Shown here one piece after another: positions 1-12,865 of a stretch of DNA of 63,959 bases. The notes under the pieces were generated by a model, which searched no databases, was not told the DNA's origin, and was given only the letters and a program-made list of their open reading frames with translations. Source of the stretch: Rhynchobatus australiae (Eukaryota); the NCBI GenBank assembly GCA_034780895.1, contig JAUZTB010000062.1, forward strand, positions 18,286,821 through 18,350,779, given 5' to 3'. Each line of letters starts with the position of its first letter. Position 1 is the stretch's first letter. The translations under genes and the position numbers were made by a program.

Positions 1-1876
1 GATGCCATTGGGTCTGGGGTGCCTGGATTTTGAACGAGCAAGGAAGAAGGACTCTGTGGGAAAACTGCAAGTGGTGCTGTTCCCATGCACCTGCTGCCTT
101 CCTTGGTGGTAGAGGTTTTGGGTGATGACGTCAGAATAGTCTTGGTGAATAACTGCAATGTATTTTGTTGGTGGTATACCCTGGATCCATGGTGCACCAG
201 TGATGAAGGGAATGAATGTTTATTGTGGTGAATGTGTGCCAATCAAACAAACTGCTTTGTCATGGATGAGCTTCTTGAGTGTTGTTGGAGCCATACTCAT
301 CCAGGCAGGTAGTGAGTATGCCAGCACAGTCCATATTTACCTTGCAGATAGTGGAAAGGCTGTAGGGTATCAGAGATTAGTCACTAGCCACAGCATATCC
401 AGCCTTGACTTGCCCTTGTAGCCACAGTATTTATAGAGTTATATAGTCATACAGCATGGAAACAGACTCTTTGTTCCATCAAGAATGTGCTGATCATCAA
501 GTACTGATTTACTCTAATCCTATACTGATCCCATTTTATTCTACCCACATTCCCATCAATGGCCCCCAGAATCTGCCACTTACCTACACCCAATGGACAA
601 TATACAATGGCCAATTAACACTCCAACCCATATGTATAAGGAAACCGGAGCACCCAGAGGAAGCCCGAGCAATTTCAGGAAGATGGTGTAANNNNNNNNN
701 NNNNNNNNNNAGAAGTCATGATTGAACCCAGTTCACTGGAGTTGTGAGGCAGAAGCTCTACCGGCTGCACCACTGTGGCTGGTCCGGTTAAGTTTCCAGA
801 CAGGGGCAGCCCTCAGGTTGATGGTGAGGGATCTGTGGTTAGGTTTCTCCTTTTCAGAGGTAGTCAATGCCTGACACTTCTGAAGTGCAAATGTTACTTG
901 CTACTTATCACCCTCTGCCTGAATGTTGTCAAGTTCTTGCTGCATACAGGTGTAGAGTTATGAAGTTGTGAATGGAATTGACCATTATGCAATCATCAGC
1001 AAATATCTCCACTTCTGACCTTGTGATGAAAGAAGAGGTCATTGTTGAAGCAAGTGAAGATAGTTGAACCTTGAGGAACTTCTCACATGTCCTGGAACGA
1101 TTCACCTCCAACAATCTTAACAACCTTTCTTTTGTATGAGGTATGATTCCAACCATTGCATTAGTTTCACCTTGATACCTAATTAACTTCATATTTATCA
1201 GGGCTCTTTGCTGCCACACTTATTCATAGACTACCTTGATGTTTCATTTTCATCTCAACTCCAAACTTCAGTGTTTTGGTTCAGTATTTGGACCATTCCA
1301 TGGTGAAGTCCAGAGCTGCGTACTTTGGCAAAATCCAAATTGGGTGTCTGTGATCATGTTATTTGAGAATGAGTGCTGATTGATAACACTGTTGAGCACA
1401 CCTTCCATCAATTTGATGATTGGGAATAGACTGATTGGGCAGGAATTAGTTGGATTGAATTTGTCCTGCTTTTTTGTGAACAGGATCCATATGATTGTCA
1501 TGGTTCTGAGTTCTGGCCCTCAATTTGGCTCCATTAATGCCTTGTTGTCCAGCACATGGATTCCATGCNNNNNNNNNNNNNNNNNNNNNNNNNNNNNNNN
1601 NNNNNNNNNNNNNNNNNNNNNNNNNNNNNNNNNNNNNNNNNNNNNNNNNNNNNNNNNNNNNNNNNNNNTGAGGCAAGATTCCTTCCAGTTGCTGCCTGTG
1701 TTTGTCCTGAGGAAGTATCCTGACTCCAGTCTTGTATCGGTGTGACACATTTGGGTTCTCTGAGTTTGCTCAACATTGTGACAATGATCATAATGGAACA
1801 GCTTGACTAGAGGTATATCAGTTGGCACATTCATATGATCCCTGATACAGTCATGTTGGGACATTACTGATTGCAC
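1..1876 (-). mobile_element. Degenerate CR1/L2-superclade LINE ORF2 fragment, interrupted by a SINE at about 446-777
   Basis: Minus-strand RT peptides KKQDKFNPTNSCPISL...ITDTQFGF (1268-1501) and RSEVEIFADDC (FADD catalytic motif, about 985-1020); many stops and frameshifts. Confidence 0.85.
446..777 (-). mobile_element. tRNA-derived V-SINE (HE1-like)
   Basis: Reverse complement shows the head CACAGTGGTGCAGCCGGTAGAG, B-box GGTTCAATC and the V-domain motif CCTCTGGGTGCTCCGGTTTCC; similar to several other copies in the window. Confidence 0.8.
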
Positions 1877-2689
1877 CTTTATGTATAAATACTGATATTA
1901 AAGCACAAACATGCTGCAGATGTGTTTGTTTACTGCACCACCAGTTATCCTAAGCCATTAATACTCAGTTGGAATCAAGCCTGATCTTAGTGTCCAAATG
2001 ATATCTAAATTGCCCTTTTAAGATCACCACTGATGAAGCTACCTTTAGTTGTTGATGTAAAAGGTAAGCAGATGTAGAATCTGCTATTAATAAATGTAGG
2101 GTTTCCACATTTTATCACTATAGTAATAATACAAGCAGTTTCACAATAGTACCTCCTAGAACACCAACACTTTGTTTCTTATCCACGATAACCTTACACT
2201 GTATGATTTGGATCCACCTGACTTTACCCAACCCTACTATTTCATTGTTCACTGGCATAAAACTGGTTCAAAACTAAAATGCCCCATAGAGTTTAGAAGG
2301 TTAATTTGATTTTTGATTCAGAACATTTCACTTTAGAACTCCATGCCCATTAATTTCCCAGATGACAATTCTTCATGATTAGTTTTAATATGTAGAGGTT
2401 GTGTAATTTCATGAAAGTATAAATCTTCCAGCTGCTCAACCATGACTCTTTCATTATTTTATCTAATGAGATAAAACCTGCGGGAGAAACAATTGGTGGA
2501 GAAATCACATTCTTACCACACAGGATTGAACTCCCTTAGAAAGTGCAGAACCACTTGTGTCTTAGAAATTCCAATACTACATTTACCCTTACAATTGAAG
2601 AAAGTGTATGTTATAAACAATACAGACTATGTCTCTGTTTGATTCTCTTATTCTGCTGTGAAATTAAATTAAAGCTCAGTTATGCAGTG

Positions 2690-3600
2690 CATGCTGGATT
2701 TGACAGGTGGCTGCTAATCAACATGTCCTTCCTTCACTCATAAGATCAGAAGTGGTGATGTTTGCTGATGATTGCATTCCCAACTCCCTCACAAATTAAG
2801 CAATCTGTGCCTACAGGCAGTAAGATCTAGTCAACATTCAGACATGGGCTGATAAATGGCAAGTAAAATTGGTGTCACAAGGTGCCATAATATGTTCATC
2901 TCCAACCATGTGTTTTGGTTAACTGAAATTTAAAACTTAAGGTGATTTAAATTTCCAGTTAAAGTCTAACAAGTTTCTAAATAGTTCTGCACCACACACA
3001 TACTGGGGATGATCATTAAGCAAGAGGACCAGCCATATAAATAACCTAACTAGAAGAGCAGAGGCAGTGTATCCTCTGGTGATTGACTCACCACCTGACA
3101 CCTATTGACAATTCCTACCATCTACAAGACATAAGTCAAGAATCTGATGTAATACTCTCCACTTGCTTGAACAACTCCCAAGAAGCTTGACACCATCCAG
3201 GACAAAGCAGCCCATTTGATCAACACCCCATCAACCACCCTAAAATTCAGTCCCTTCACTACTGCACAATGGCTATAGCGTGTAACATGTACAAAATGCA
3301 CTGTGGTTACTCACGTAAGCTACTCTGACAACACCCACTTAAAAACTCATAAACCCTACAACCAAAAAGTACCAAGGCCAATAGGAGCATGGGAATACCG
3401 CAACCTGTAGGTTCCCCTCCAGGTCAAACTGATTTGGAAAAGTCTCCTTGTTCCTTCATCATAGCTGGGTCTAATTCCTGGAACTCACTTCCCAGCAGTA
3501 CTGTGGAAGTACCTTCATCAGAAGGACTGCGACAGCTCACCAGGGGCATTAAAGGAACATTGGATTCATCATCAATGACCAGATCCTAAACGTGAATAAA
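2690..3600 (+). mobile_element. 5'-truncated LINE of the same CR1/L2-type family, with 3' end
   Basis: IRSEVVMFADDC at about 2740-2776; shares ACCATCTACAAG and CTTGACACCATCCAGGACAAAGCAGCC blocks with the copy at 5186-5755; ends in GAATAAA. Confidence 0.82.
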
Positions 3601-3774
3601 GCAAAAGCTCTCAGTATCTGACATGTTAACCTTTTTTGCCTCATCATAATCACTATGCACATTGTCATTTCAGGGGTTCTGGATTTGATGAAACATCCTT
3701 TTTTGTGGGAATGTTTACCCTGAACTACTTGAACATCCTTCTTAAATGCCTCCTTTTGCTCCAAAACTGATGTA

Positions 3775-3812
3775 TTGTCCTGATGAAGGGTCTCGGCCCA
3801 AAATGTCAACTG
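3775..3812 (+). ncRNA. Degenerate minimal type I hammerhead ribozyme motif
   Basis: CUGAUGA (3780-3786), stem II GGG/CCC (3788-3790 with 3797-3799), AAAA in place of GAAA (3800-3803), GUC cleavage triplet (3805-3807). The 3'-side deviations from the window-derived consensus are CpG-type transitions. Confidence 0.65.
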
Positions 3813-3911
3813 TTCATTTCCCTCCATAGATGCTACCTGACCTGCTGAGTTCCTCCAGCACTTTTTGTGTATTGCTCCAGATTCCAGCATCTACAGAATT
3901 TCTTGTGTCTC
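3775..3911 (+). mobile_element. Penelope-like element terminal repeat (pLTR) solo copy
   Basis: GTCCTGATGAAGGGTCTCGGCCCAAAATGTCAACTG...GATGCTACCTGACCTGCTGAGTTCCTCCAGCA...GCTCCAGATTCCAGCATCT. A related sequence lies downstream of the GIY-YIG ORF end at 44090-44180. Confidence 0.8.
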
Positions 3912-3919
3912 TGGGTGTC

Positions 3920-4115
3920 TACTCAATCTATTCCTCTTACAATCTTATAAATTTCTATCAGTCTCTGGCATTCCAGAGAAAACAACCCAAGTTTGTCCAA
4001 TCTCTCCTTATCGCATACACCGCCTAATCCAGGCAGCATCCTGGTAAACCTCTTCTGCACCCTCTCCAAAGCCCCCACATCCTTCCTATAATGGGGCGAG
4101 CAGAATTGAATGTGA
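3920..4115 (-). mobile_element. CR1 LINE (HER1-like) ORF2 3' fragment
   Basis: CSPHYRKDVGALERVQKRFTRMLPGL...ERLDKLGLFSLE is the typical CR1 ORF2 C-terminus. Confidence 0.9.
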
Positions 4116-4744
4116 TCCTCCTGATGCATCCACACGTGTTTTAGAAAGCTGCATTTTGCAAAGGTGTTTCTTTTTAAGCGTGCCAAAAAATGTCCACTTT
4201 TCAAAAAATTTTCATCTAACAGACTCTTAGAAACAAAAGGCAATTTTTGAGCAGCCCCTACAATTTTCCTTTGCAAGTTTTTGTTTTTTAATTAACTTAG
4301 CATCCTTTTCTAGTGAATTATTCATAGCATGATAGCACTGAAAATGTTTCACATGCCCACAATGTGATATTTGCTGTAACAGTAATGAATGTCTCTCTGA
4401 AGGCAAGTAAATGTAGAATGACTCCAAAAAGTCTGAAAGGCTAAACAGAGAGGGCCCGTTTACTCCATGTCTACAAATCGACATCAATGACAAGGCAGAG
4501 GTTTGTAATGTGTCTGGCAGTCTGCATGTTGGTGACTAAATTTACAAAGTTGGCTTTCAGCTCCCACATCCTGGATTTGTGGCAGTTCTGATGGTGAAAT
4601 GATTGGCATTCGTTGTCATTATATTGTGAAATTGACAGCAGAAGTTGGATTTCCCTGCATGAAAAGGATAATGTGGCAATCACACAGTTGTCAACATTTC
4701 AGACCTCCACCGAAGACCATTCTGTTTTGCAACCTGCTCCTCAG

Positions 4745-5085
4745 CAATGGAATCTGCAGCCTAACGGCATGAACATTGAATTCTCCCACTTTAAGTAATC
4801 CCCACACCCCTTCCTCACAACCCTGCCCCCCCCGCCCTGCGTCTTCCATTTCCTGGCCTATCTCTCTTTTTTCTATCCGCTTTTTTTTTCCTTTCTCTCC
4901 TCACCTTCGACCCATCCCCAGGTGGATCTGCTCTCCCCTCCTCCCCCGCACCTGCCTATCACCGTCTCTTACCTGCATCTACCTATCACCTTCCTGTGCC
5001 CACCCCGCCTCCCCTCTTTTGTCCACCTATCACTGCCCTGCTTTTCCCTCCTATATATATTGGGCTTCCCCTTTTCCTATCTTCT
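4745..5085 (+). mobile_element. Penelope-like element 3' end (GIY-YIG C-terminus and pyrimidine-rich 3' UTR)
   Basis: NLQPNGMNIEFSHFK* (stop at 4796-4798) matches the PLE endonuclease C-terminus also seen at 44534-44640. It is followed by a CpG-retaining C/T-rich UTR that runs into an N gap. Confidence 0.78.
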
Positions 5086-5185
5086 NNNNNNNNNNNNNNN
5101 NNNNNNNNNNNNNNNNNNNNNNNNNNNNNNNNNNNNNNNNNNNNNNNNNNNNNNNNNNNNNNNNNNNNNNNNNNNNNNNNNNNNN

Positions 5186-5755
5186 GCATAATACAGAGTC
5201 CCCCACCGTCAACATCCTGTGGGTCACCATGGACCAGAGACTCTACTGTACCAGCATCATGAATTCCATAGTGACAAGAACAGTTCAGAGGCTGGCTATC
5301 CTATAGAAAGTGTCTCAGCTCCAGGTACTCTAAAGTCTTGCCACCATCTTCAACACACAGATTGAAAGTGTGATTGAATCCTCCCCACTTGTGCAGATAA
5401 CTGCGGCTCCAACAACTTTCAAGTATCTTGACACCATCTAGATCAAAGCAGCCTGCTTGATTGGTAACCACTCCAACACCCAAAACATGAAATCACTCCA
5501 CATCCCATGCACAGTGGCTGCAGTGTGTACCATCTACAAAAAGCATCCAGGCTTCTCCAAACCCTTGATCTCTACTACCAAGAAGGACTAAAGCAGCACC
5601 ACCACCTGCAGGTTCAATTCACATCCTGACTTGGAAATAGATTACTGGTTCTTCATCGTTGCTGGGTCTAAATCCTGGAAATCCTGGAGCAGGTAGATTG
5701 AGCAATAAGTGCCAGTAATGCCCAGATCCTCAAGAAATGAATAAATATAAAAAAA
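5186..5755 (+). mobile_element. CR1/L2-type LINE 3' end (same family as 2690-3600)
   Basis: ESPTVNILWVTMDQRL...QRLAIL peptide, shared nucleotide blocks, A-rich tail at about 5740-5757. Confidence 0.8.
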
Positions 5756-6471
5756 ATACTGGTTAAGTAAGAGTTGGTACTGCCTCTGAAGGTGCACCTT
5801 CTCCCAGGAAACTCCCTTGGCCTGCCTGACCTCCCCCCTCAGTGCAGTTGCTCCCTCGGCATGGCACCACTGACACTCCAGTACTGCCTCTGAAATGCCA
5901 GTTGCTAGATTATGCTGGGTTATGACCTATTAGAACTGGAGCACCCATAAAACCCATGCAAGGGCCTTTACCTTCAGCTTATCCAGACTGAAATGCAGGC
6001 AATATAGATNNNNNNNNNNNNNNNNNNNNNNNNNNNNNNNNNNNNNNNNNNNNNNNNNNNNNNNNNNNNNNNNNNNNNNNNNNNNNNNNNNNNNNNNNNN
6101 NNNNNNNNNNNNNNNNNNNNNNNNNNNNNNNNNNNNNNNNNNNNNNNNNNNNNNNNNNNNNNNNNNNNNNNNNNNNNNNNNNNNNNNNNNNNNNNNNNNN
6201 NNNNNNNNNNNNNNNNNNNNNNNNNNNNNNNNNNNNNNNNNNNNNNNNNNNNNNNNNNNNNNNNNNNNNNNNNNNNNNNNNNNNNNNNNNNNNNNNNNNN
6301 NNNNNNNNNNNNNNNNNNNNNNNNNNNNNNNNNNNNNNNNNNNNNNNNNNNNNNNNNNNNNNNNNNNNNNNNNNNNNNNNNNNNNNNNNNNNNNNNNNNN
6401 NNNNNNNNNNNNNNNNNNNNNNNNNNNNNNNNNNNNNNNNNNNNNNNNNNNNNNNNNNNNNNNNNNNNNNN

Positions 6472-6925
6472 GTAAGCCCTTTCATTCTGGGAATTATCCT
6501 CATAAATCTTCTCTGAACCCTCTCCAACATCAGCACATCCTTCCTAAGACAAGGGGCCCAAAACTGCAAACACTATTCCAAATGAGGTCTCACCAGTGCC
6601 GCATCAACACATCCTTACTTTTATACATTATGCCCCTTGAACTGAATGTCAACATAGCATTTGCTTTTCTTACCGCTGATCCAACCTGGTGGTTAACCTT
6701 CAGGGTATCCTGCACAAGGACCCCCAAGTTCCTTTGCACTTCTGAATTTTGAATTATCTCCCCATCTAGATAATCTGCCCGTTTATTTCTTCTTCCAAAG
6801 TGTACAACTGCACATTTCTCAACATTGAATCTCATCTGCCATTTCTTTGCCTATGCTCCTAAACTCTCTTAGTCTCTCTGCAACCTTTCTGTCTCTTCAA
6901 TGTTTCCTGCACCTCCACCTCTCAC
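6472..6925 (-). mobile_element. CR1 LINE ORF2 fragment
   Basis: MRFNVEKCAVVHFGRRN...QRNLGVLVQDTLK...KANAML and QFWAPCLRKDVLMLERVQRRF. Confidence 0.92.
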
Positions 6926-7049
6926 ATTACTATTAACTAAGGGACTCTGCTTTGCGTGTAGATCAAGGAGGGAATTGGAAAGTGCTCAAAAAGCTGACAG
7001 CTTAAAAATATTACTGAAAAACAGCCTTCATATTTGTATTCCTGGTTCA

Positions 7050-8200
7050 TCGCTTCAATTTGATTAGCTCCTAGTATTCTGCATTGGCCACTGCGCTTGG
7101 AGTCAGTGTTACAAGTTTAGTGGAGTACAATGGGGTGCTGCAAGTTCTTTGGAAGATGATCCATGATTTGCTTCTCCTGACATGAGCAATAGTTGGTTGC
7201 ACAAGAGACTCAATGATTTAATGGAATTGCATCCATCAAGTTCCATCCTCAAGCTGTTCAGTCTTTTTCTTGTAATCCATTTCTAATTGGAGCCAGATGC
7301 TCGGTACTCACTGAGTAATTTCATTTGACAGAGGTTAGTTCTGGCTGATTTTGGTGGTGTAGTCAATTTGTACATTGATGGATAAAAGGGTGTTTCTCAG
7401 AGAGAGATGACAGTGTGCTGGCTGGAGTTCAGGTAGCAGATGGTAGTTGCCTGACTCTTGGGCATGTTGGCCATTGTTGCAGCTGTTTTCATCCTGATGT
7501 CAGCAGCACTGTGCCTCATCTTGGATCTTGGCAGGGATCTGGGGTGGCTTTTGGGCAGCATGTTACATTTGCATCTGGGGTATTCTATCCAGGTGACTCA
7601 AGTGTCCCCAGGTGGAGCAGTCACATTCAGCCTCAGTGAATCATATTGATGAGGCAAAAATTGGGTACAGTGGATGGTTTTGCTTCGCTCTTGAATTTGC
7701 ATTATTTCACAGGATAATGTTTTATGTGTTGACTTTGGCTTCTTTATTTTACACACAATCTTTTGTAACATGGTATGCCCCCTAAGTATACTGGGCATTT
7801 CTGAACTTTCTCAGATGGAAAACCGAGTTTGGGTTTTGCTGGGGTTCGGTTTCAGAGATTGTTTGGGTAGTAATCTCATTCAATGTCTCTCCAGGATCTT
7901 CTTTGTCCTCTAACTATGTATGCTCTGGGGTGCTGCAGAATTCATTAGCAAAGATGAAGTGTTAACAATTGGTAGGAAGTTGCTGATTATTGGTGTAATC
8001 ATTGACAAATGATGGTGACCACACTGAATTGTAATACACTATTTTTCTGGCCACTGAGAAGCATGTACTTTAAGAGGGAGCCAACAGCTTGGCAAAAATC
8101 TGTGTTGTCAGTCATGAAGTACAATTAGTGGACAGTATCACCAGGTAAGCAAATGCTGTGTCAGTCCGAAACCATCTTTGGAAATGTTAATTAGAAACCA
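7050..8200 (-). mobile_element. Possible very decayed Gypsy-type gag/pro remnant
   Basis: Weak peptide echoes only: EDKEDPGETLNEI...EPQQNPNSVFHLRKFR (gag-like) and CKCNMLPK (protease-like). Confidence 0.35.
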
Positions 8201-9382
8201 TGTTTGATGTGTTATGTTGGGTTTAATAGCTGACCTGGGCAAGATTGACATGATCTGAAACCTGCAGTTCTCATGTAAGTTGAACAAGTGTAAAATTTAT
8301 TGCAGGATAAAACATATAGTTTACAAGTGATGTTGTGAAATGAAATTAGTTTCTAACTCTTTATAGGGTTTTACCTCTGATTTGGACAGCAGTATGACTC
8401 CTGCCTTTCTCTATACCAATGGTACTTGTTTGCTCATGCATGTATTGAATTGAATGTGTATTGATGGCTTGCAGCAGGGTCCAAGGTACAAGCAGCCAAT
8501 GAGTACCATTGTTTTAATCCAATAGAGTAAGTTGTATTCCTTTGTATTATACTAGATTTCATAATTATATTCTGCATTACACTTGGTTTTTCAATTTTTT
8601 TCTATTACCTCATTTACCTTTAGCACTAATGGTCACAGTTACTCCTTTGAATAGGAGTTATTGGAACTAAGATCACTATATATGGAGCGGTGTCCTCTAT
8701 TGAAAAGAGGCTAAATCATAACTAGATTGGTTCTAGCTATGCTCTCTGCTTGGGTGTAAAAATAAAACCCAGCCTGACTTGAGCCCAAGTTCTTACAATT
8801 CTTTTCATATATCATCATTATTAATGTAAATATAACAACTTTAAACATGCTAAGGGTCTGTCTGAGTACAAAACACCAAATCTTGATCAAAAGCAGAGGA
8901 TACACAAGCAGGTGATGACTGAAAGCCATTATGGAGATATTACTAAGTTTGGGAATTAAATATTCCAGCCGACTTGACTCTTAAATAGGAACAACAAGAA
9001 AGGAGAGCAGTCCTGTTAATAGGACAATGGCTGCAGTGAGAAAGGATCATAGCTCAGACAATCAAGGAGTCAAATCAGTTTGGGGGAGGTAAGCAACGAG
9101 TTCAGAAAGCATTTAATGGCAGTTGTATGACAGTTGTTCTCAAAATGAAACTGCTCAACCAAGTATCAAGGGAAAGCAGAAAACTTTAGAAATACTCAGC
9201 AGGCAGACAGCATCTGAGGAGAGAGAAGCAGTTAAAGTTACAGGTCAGTAATTTTGATCAGAACTAGGGGATGTTAGAGGAGCCAACTGAAAAATGATAA
9301 AGGCTATTGAATAACAAAAAAGTATGTCTGCAGTACTGTAAGTCGGAGACAAATAAAATATAGTATTACAAGAACAGAACAT

Positions 9383-12300
9383 GGTGTATTTATGTATTAT
9401 ATGTATGAGTCACCTGGTCAGAAAACATTGTGACATCATCACATAAGCAACCCATGTTAGGAGTTCCTTGCCATTAGGGTAGAATAAAGAAACCACTCTT
9501 GTTTGAAGGTCACATCCTGNNNNNNNNNNNNNNNNNNNNNNNNNNNNNNNNNNNNNNNNNNNNNNNNNNNNNNNNNNNNNNNNNNNNNNNNNNNNNNNNN
9601 NNNNNNNNNNNNNNNNNNNNNNNNNNNNNNNNNNNNNNNNNNNNNNNNNNNNNNNNNNNNNNNNNNNNNNNNNNNNNNNNNNNNNNNNNNNNNNNNNNNN
9701 NNNNNNNNNNNNNNNNNNNNNNNNNNNNNNNNNNNNNNNNNNNNNNNNNNNNNNNNNNNNNNNNNNNNNNNNNNNNNNNNNNNNNNNNNNNNNNNNNNNN
9801 NNNNNNNNNNNNNNNNNNNNNNNNNNNNNNNNNNNNNNNNNNNNNNGATTTTTGAAGCAGAATTAAGTCCACAATTAGCGGAACAAGCTGAGAGTAAAAG
9901 TATAAGCACACAGGAGGTTCTTATGATGAGAAAAGAAACTCGATGATGCTTTAAACTCAAACAGACTTCAGAGGAAGCCTTAGTGTATATAACAAGTCAT
10001 GTGAATTGTTCACATTGGAAAATAATGGATCATTTTTGTAGCCAATAATATTGAGCTGGAAGACTGCTAAAAAAGCACTGACAATGAATGCTGCAGTGAA
10101 AGAATGTAAGAATGCAAAACATATTGCATACTTACTAACTTAGTCCTGCAGACAGATACATATATTTTGTTTTCAGAGGCAATCCAGAGTTTGAAAGAAG
10201 TCATCAACCAACAACTATCTACAATACTAAACAATTGTAATTCAGCACACACATTCAAAAGGTAGAAGAAACTGAATAATTATATTGTTGCTCGCAAAGA
10301 CCTATCAAGGTATTGCAACTTTGGAGAGATTTTGGATCATGTGCTCAGAAACACATATGTGCAGTNNNNNNNNNNCCTAGTCAAAGATGTCAGGCACAAG
10401 AAGTCTCACTTTGATTTAGTGTGTAGGATTGCCATTGCCATGGAGATGGCAGCCAAAAATGCTGGGGAATTCTATTCTGTGCCAGCTACAGTGCAACATT
10501 AGCCTGCAATCAAAGGACAGCTTGCAATGTTCTGGTTTAGAAGCAAGTGCAGTATCTTGTGACTGCAAGTGGCAAGAGTCACTGTTGCACTGGTTGTCTT
10601 ACCCCAAGCAACTGACCTTTTTAAAGGTCTAAGTACCATTAAGTAATAATCATGGGGAGATGTAATATGGAAATAGGCCCTTCACCTCAATGACTCTGTG
10701 TCAACAATTAAGCATTCATTTTTACAGTAATTCTACCCTAACCCATTTAATTTTCCCACATTCCCATCAACATCCTTCCCCCCAAACCCATTTTCTAATT
10801 TCACCTCATCGACCCAATTTACAGTGGCTAATTACCTACCAACCCACACTTTACTTTTGGGATGTGGGAGGAAACCGAAGCACCTGGAAGAAGTCCATGT
10901 GGTAACAGAAAGAACATGCAAACTCCACCAAAGGTCAGGATCGAACACAGATAGTTGGAGCTATGAGGCAGCAACTCTACTAGCTCTGCCAATCTGCCAC
11001 ACTTTGCCTGTGTTGATATCACAAGAAAGGACACAGAGCAATAGCTTGCAAAACAAGATACAAAGATGAGCATGTTGTTTTGAGTGAACATGGAAAGAAC
11101 ATGACTTTCCATTAAAAGTCAGTAAAAAGAAATCAGTGCAATTATGCTACTGGTGCAGATGACACAGAATTTACTTTGTATAACACCCTTGTTACAAACA
11201 ACTAAAATGTGAAACAATAAAACTTTGAGGGTGGAGTTCCAATTGACAAGAAATCATTGGAGATGCACATGAATGCAACTGTAGACTATATCATCATGAG
11301 AATGGACACAAATGACAAGCAGTTTAGTCACCTACTTGTAGTACAGAATATGATCAATTTGAGGACAACTTTTGAAAGTCTTTGAACAGATGTGACTGCT
11401 TGCCATAGTGGTCAGTTTTGAATTACTAGTAGTTGTGGTGGACTTCACAGAAGTTTTAGGGCAAAGATTGGGTAATTTGACTGGGAAGCAATTGGTGTAA
11501 TTGTTTATGGCTCACGTACCACGTGTAGTTTCATTTTTAAACTGTGAATTGTAGACAAGGATTTCCCTGTCGCNNNNNNNNNNNNNNNNNNNNNNNNNNN
11601 NNNNNNNNNNNNNNNNNNNNNNNNNNNNNNNNNNNNNNNNNNNNNNNNNNNNNNNNNNNNNNNNNNNNNNNNNTAAATTGTAGACAAGGATTTCCCTGTC
11701 GCAGCCACTGAGACCACTGAAGAGGTTCAACAAAATGCATTACTAAAGCAGGTCTATAAGAAAACCTTGAAAGGATTGAAATGACTGCACAAGTGGTCAA
11801 ATAAAACTTTACTATCTTATAAACAATACAAACTTTATAATCATAGATTTGAGTTATCAACCAACCTAGGATGTTTAAAATGGGAACATTGAGTAAGGGA
11901 CATTGAGTAGTCATTCCAAGAGTTCTCTGGAAAAGGATTATAGATTGCACTGCATACCAAACTTACTTAAATCATTAAGTTGAAGGTAATTGCCAGGAGT
12001 TTAATATATTGGCCAAACACTGTACATTTGCAAATATCTTTCTCCAAATCCTTATCAGTTGCAGAGCAATATCACTTAAGGCACTGTTATGACCACAGAA
12101 ATGGCTGATTCAACCATTTCAATGAGTTCAAGTCAACCTTTATCAAAAAGGGGCATGATCATTTCCTTGTGCTAATTGATGTGGACTCAAAATAGATTGG
12201 AGTCAGAAATGTGGCAACATGTATGACAATACTGTGTGTCATGAAGAATTGAGATGGATTTTTGCTATATATTGGATCCCAGCAGAGTTGGTAATCAATA

Positions 12301-12620
12301 GTTAGTTGACCACAATTTATTTTGAATTTCTTTGCTTTTTTTTGTGTGTGATGGCATACTCTGTGTCATCCAACTTCTATTGGGCTAACAGAAGATTTGT
12401 GCAGGTGTTCAAAGAAGCTTTAAAGAACTATTTTGAGATTGCTCTGTCTGTATAATGAGTTATCAACTAAATCGTATTCAAATACTGTATTATTCCGCAT
12501 TCTAACACTGGTTTTACTGGTGCAGGGCTATCAATGCATTGTAATCTTTTCATGGGATTGAACATGGTACAGCTGAACTTAGAGGCACAGACTGAAGCAA
12601 AATGTAATATTTGGAGATTA
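9383..12620 (+). mobile_element. Degenerate Ty3/Gypsy LTR retrotransposon (gag, protease, integrase; RT/RNase H absent)
   Basis: Gag FVANNIE (about 10035), YIVARKDLSRYCNFGEILDHVLRN (about 10280-10350) and CRIAIAMEMAAKNA. Zinc knuckle KKGHRAIACK (about 11025). Linker DFPVAATETTEEVQQNALLKQVY and RFELSTNLGCLKW. Integrase HFLVLIDVDSK, LRWIFAIYWIPAELV, HPTSIGLTE/FVQVFKEALK and KYCIIPHSNTG (12160-12510). LTR-like segment with AATAAA at 9383-9519. Confidence 0.8.
10655..11000 (-). mobile_element. V-SINE inserted in the Gypsy gag region
   Basis: TGTGGGAGGAAACCGAAGCACCTGGAAGAAGTCCATG...AGAACATGCAAACTCCAC...GATCGAAC...TGAGGCAGCAACTCTAC is the reverse complement of the V-SINE core and tRNA head. Confidence 0.85.
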
Positions 12621-12865
12621 AAAGAAAGCGGTCTTGAAGAATGAGAGAGTTGTTCACCAGAGTGATGAGCAAGTAAGAGACTCATCAATGGGAAATGTAT
12701 GAAATCTAGCTTTACTTCAAGATTTAATTAAATATTTGATCTTAACTTCCCCAGCTGATGAACTCTGGATCAATAATTTGAGACTCCTCAACAATATCCG
12801 AGGTCTACATGAGGATCCAATTCAGGAAAAAAAGTCAAATATGAATGCTGGAGATAAAGAGCTGC

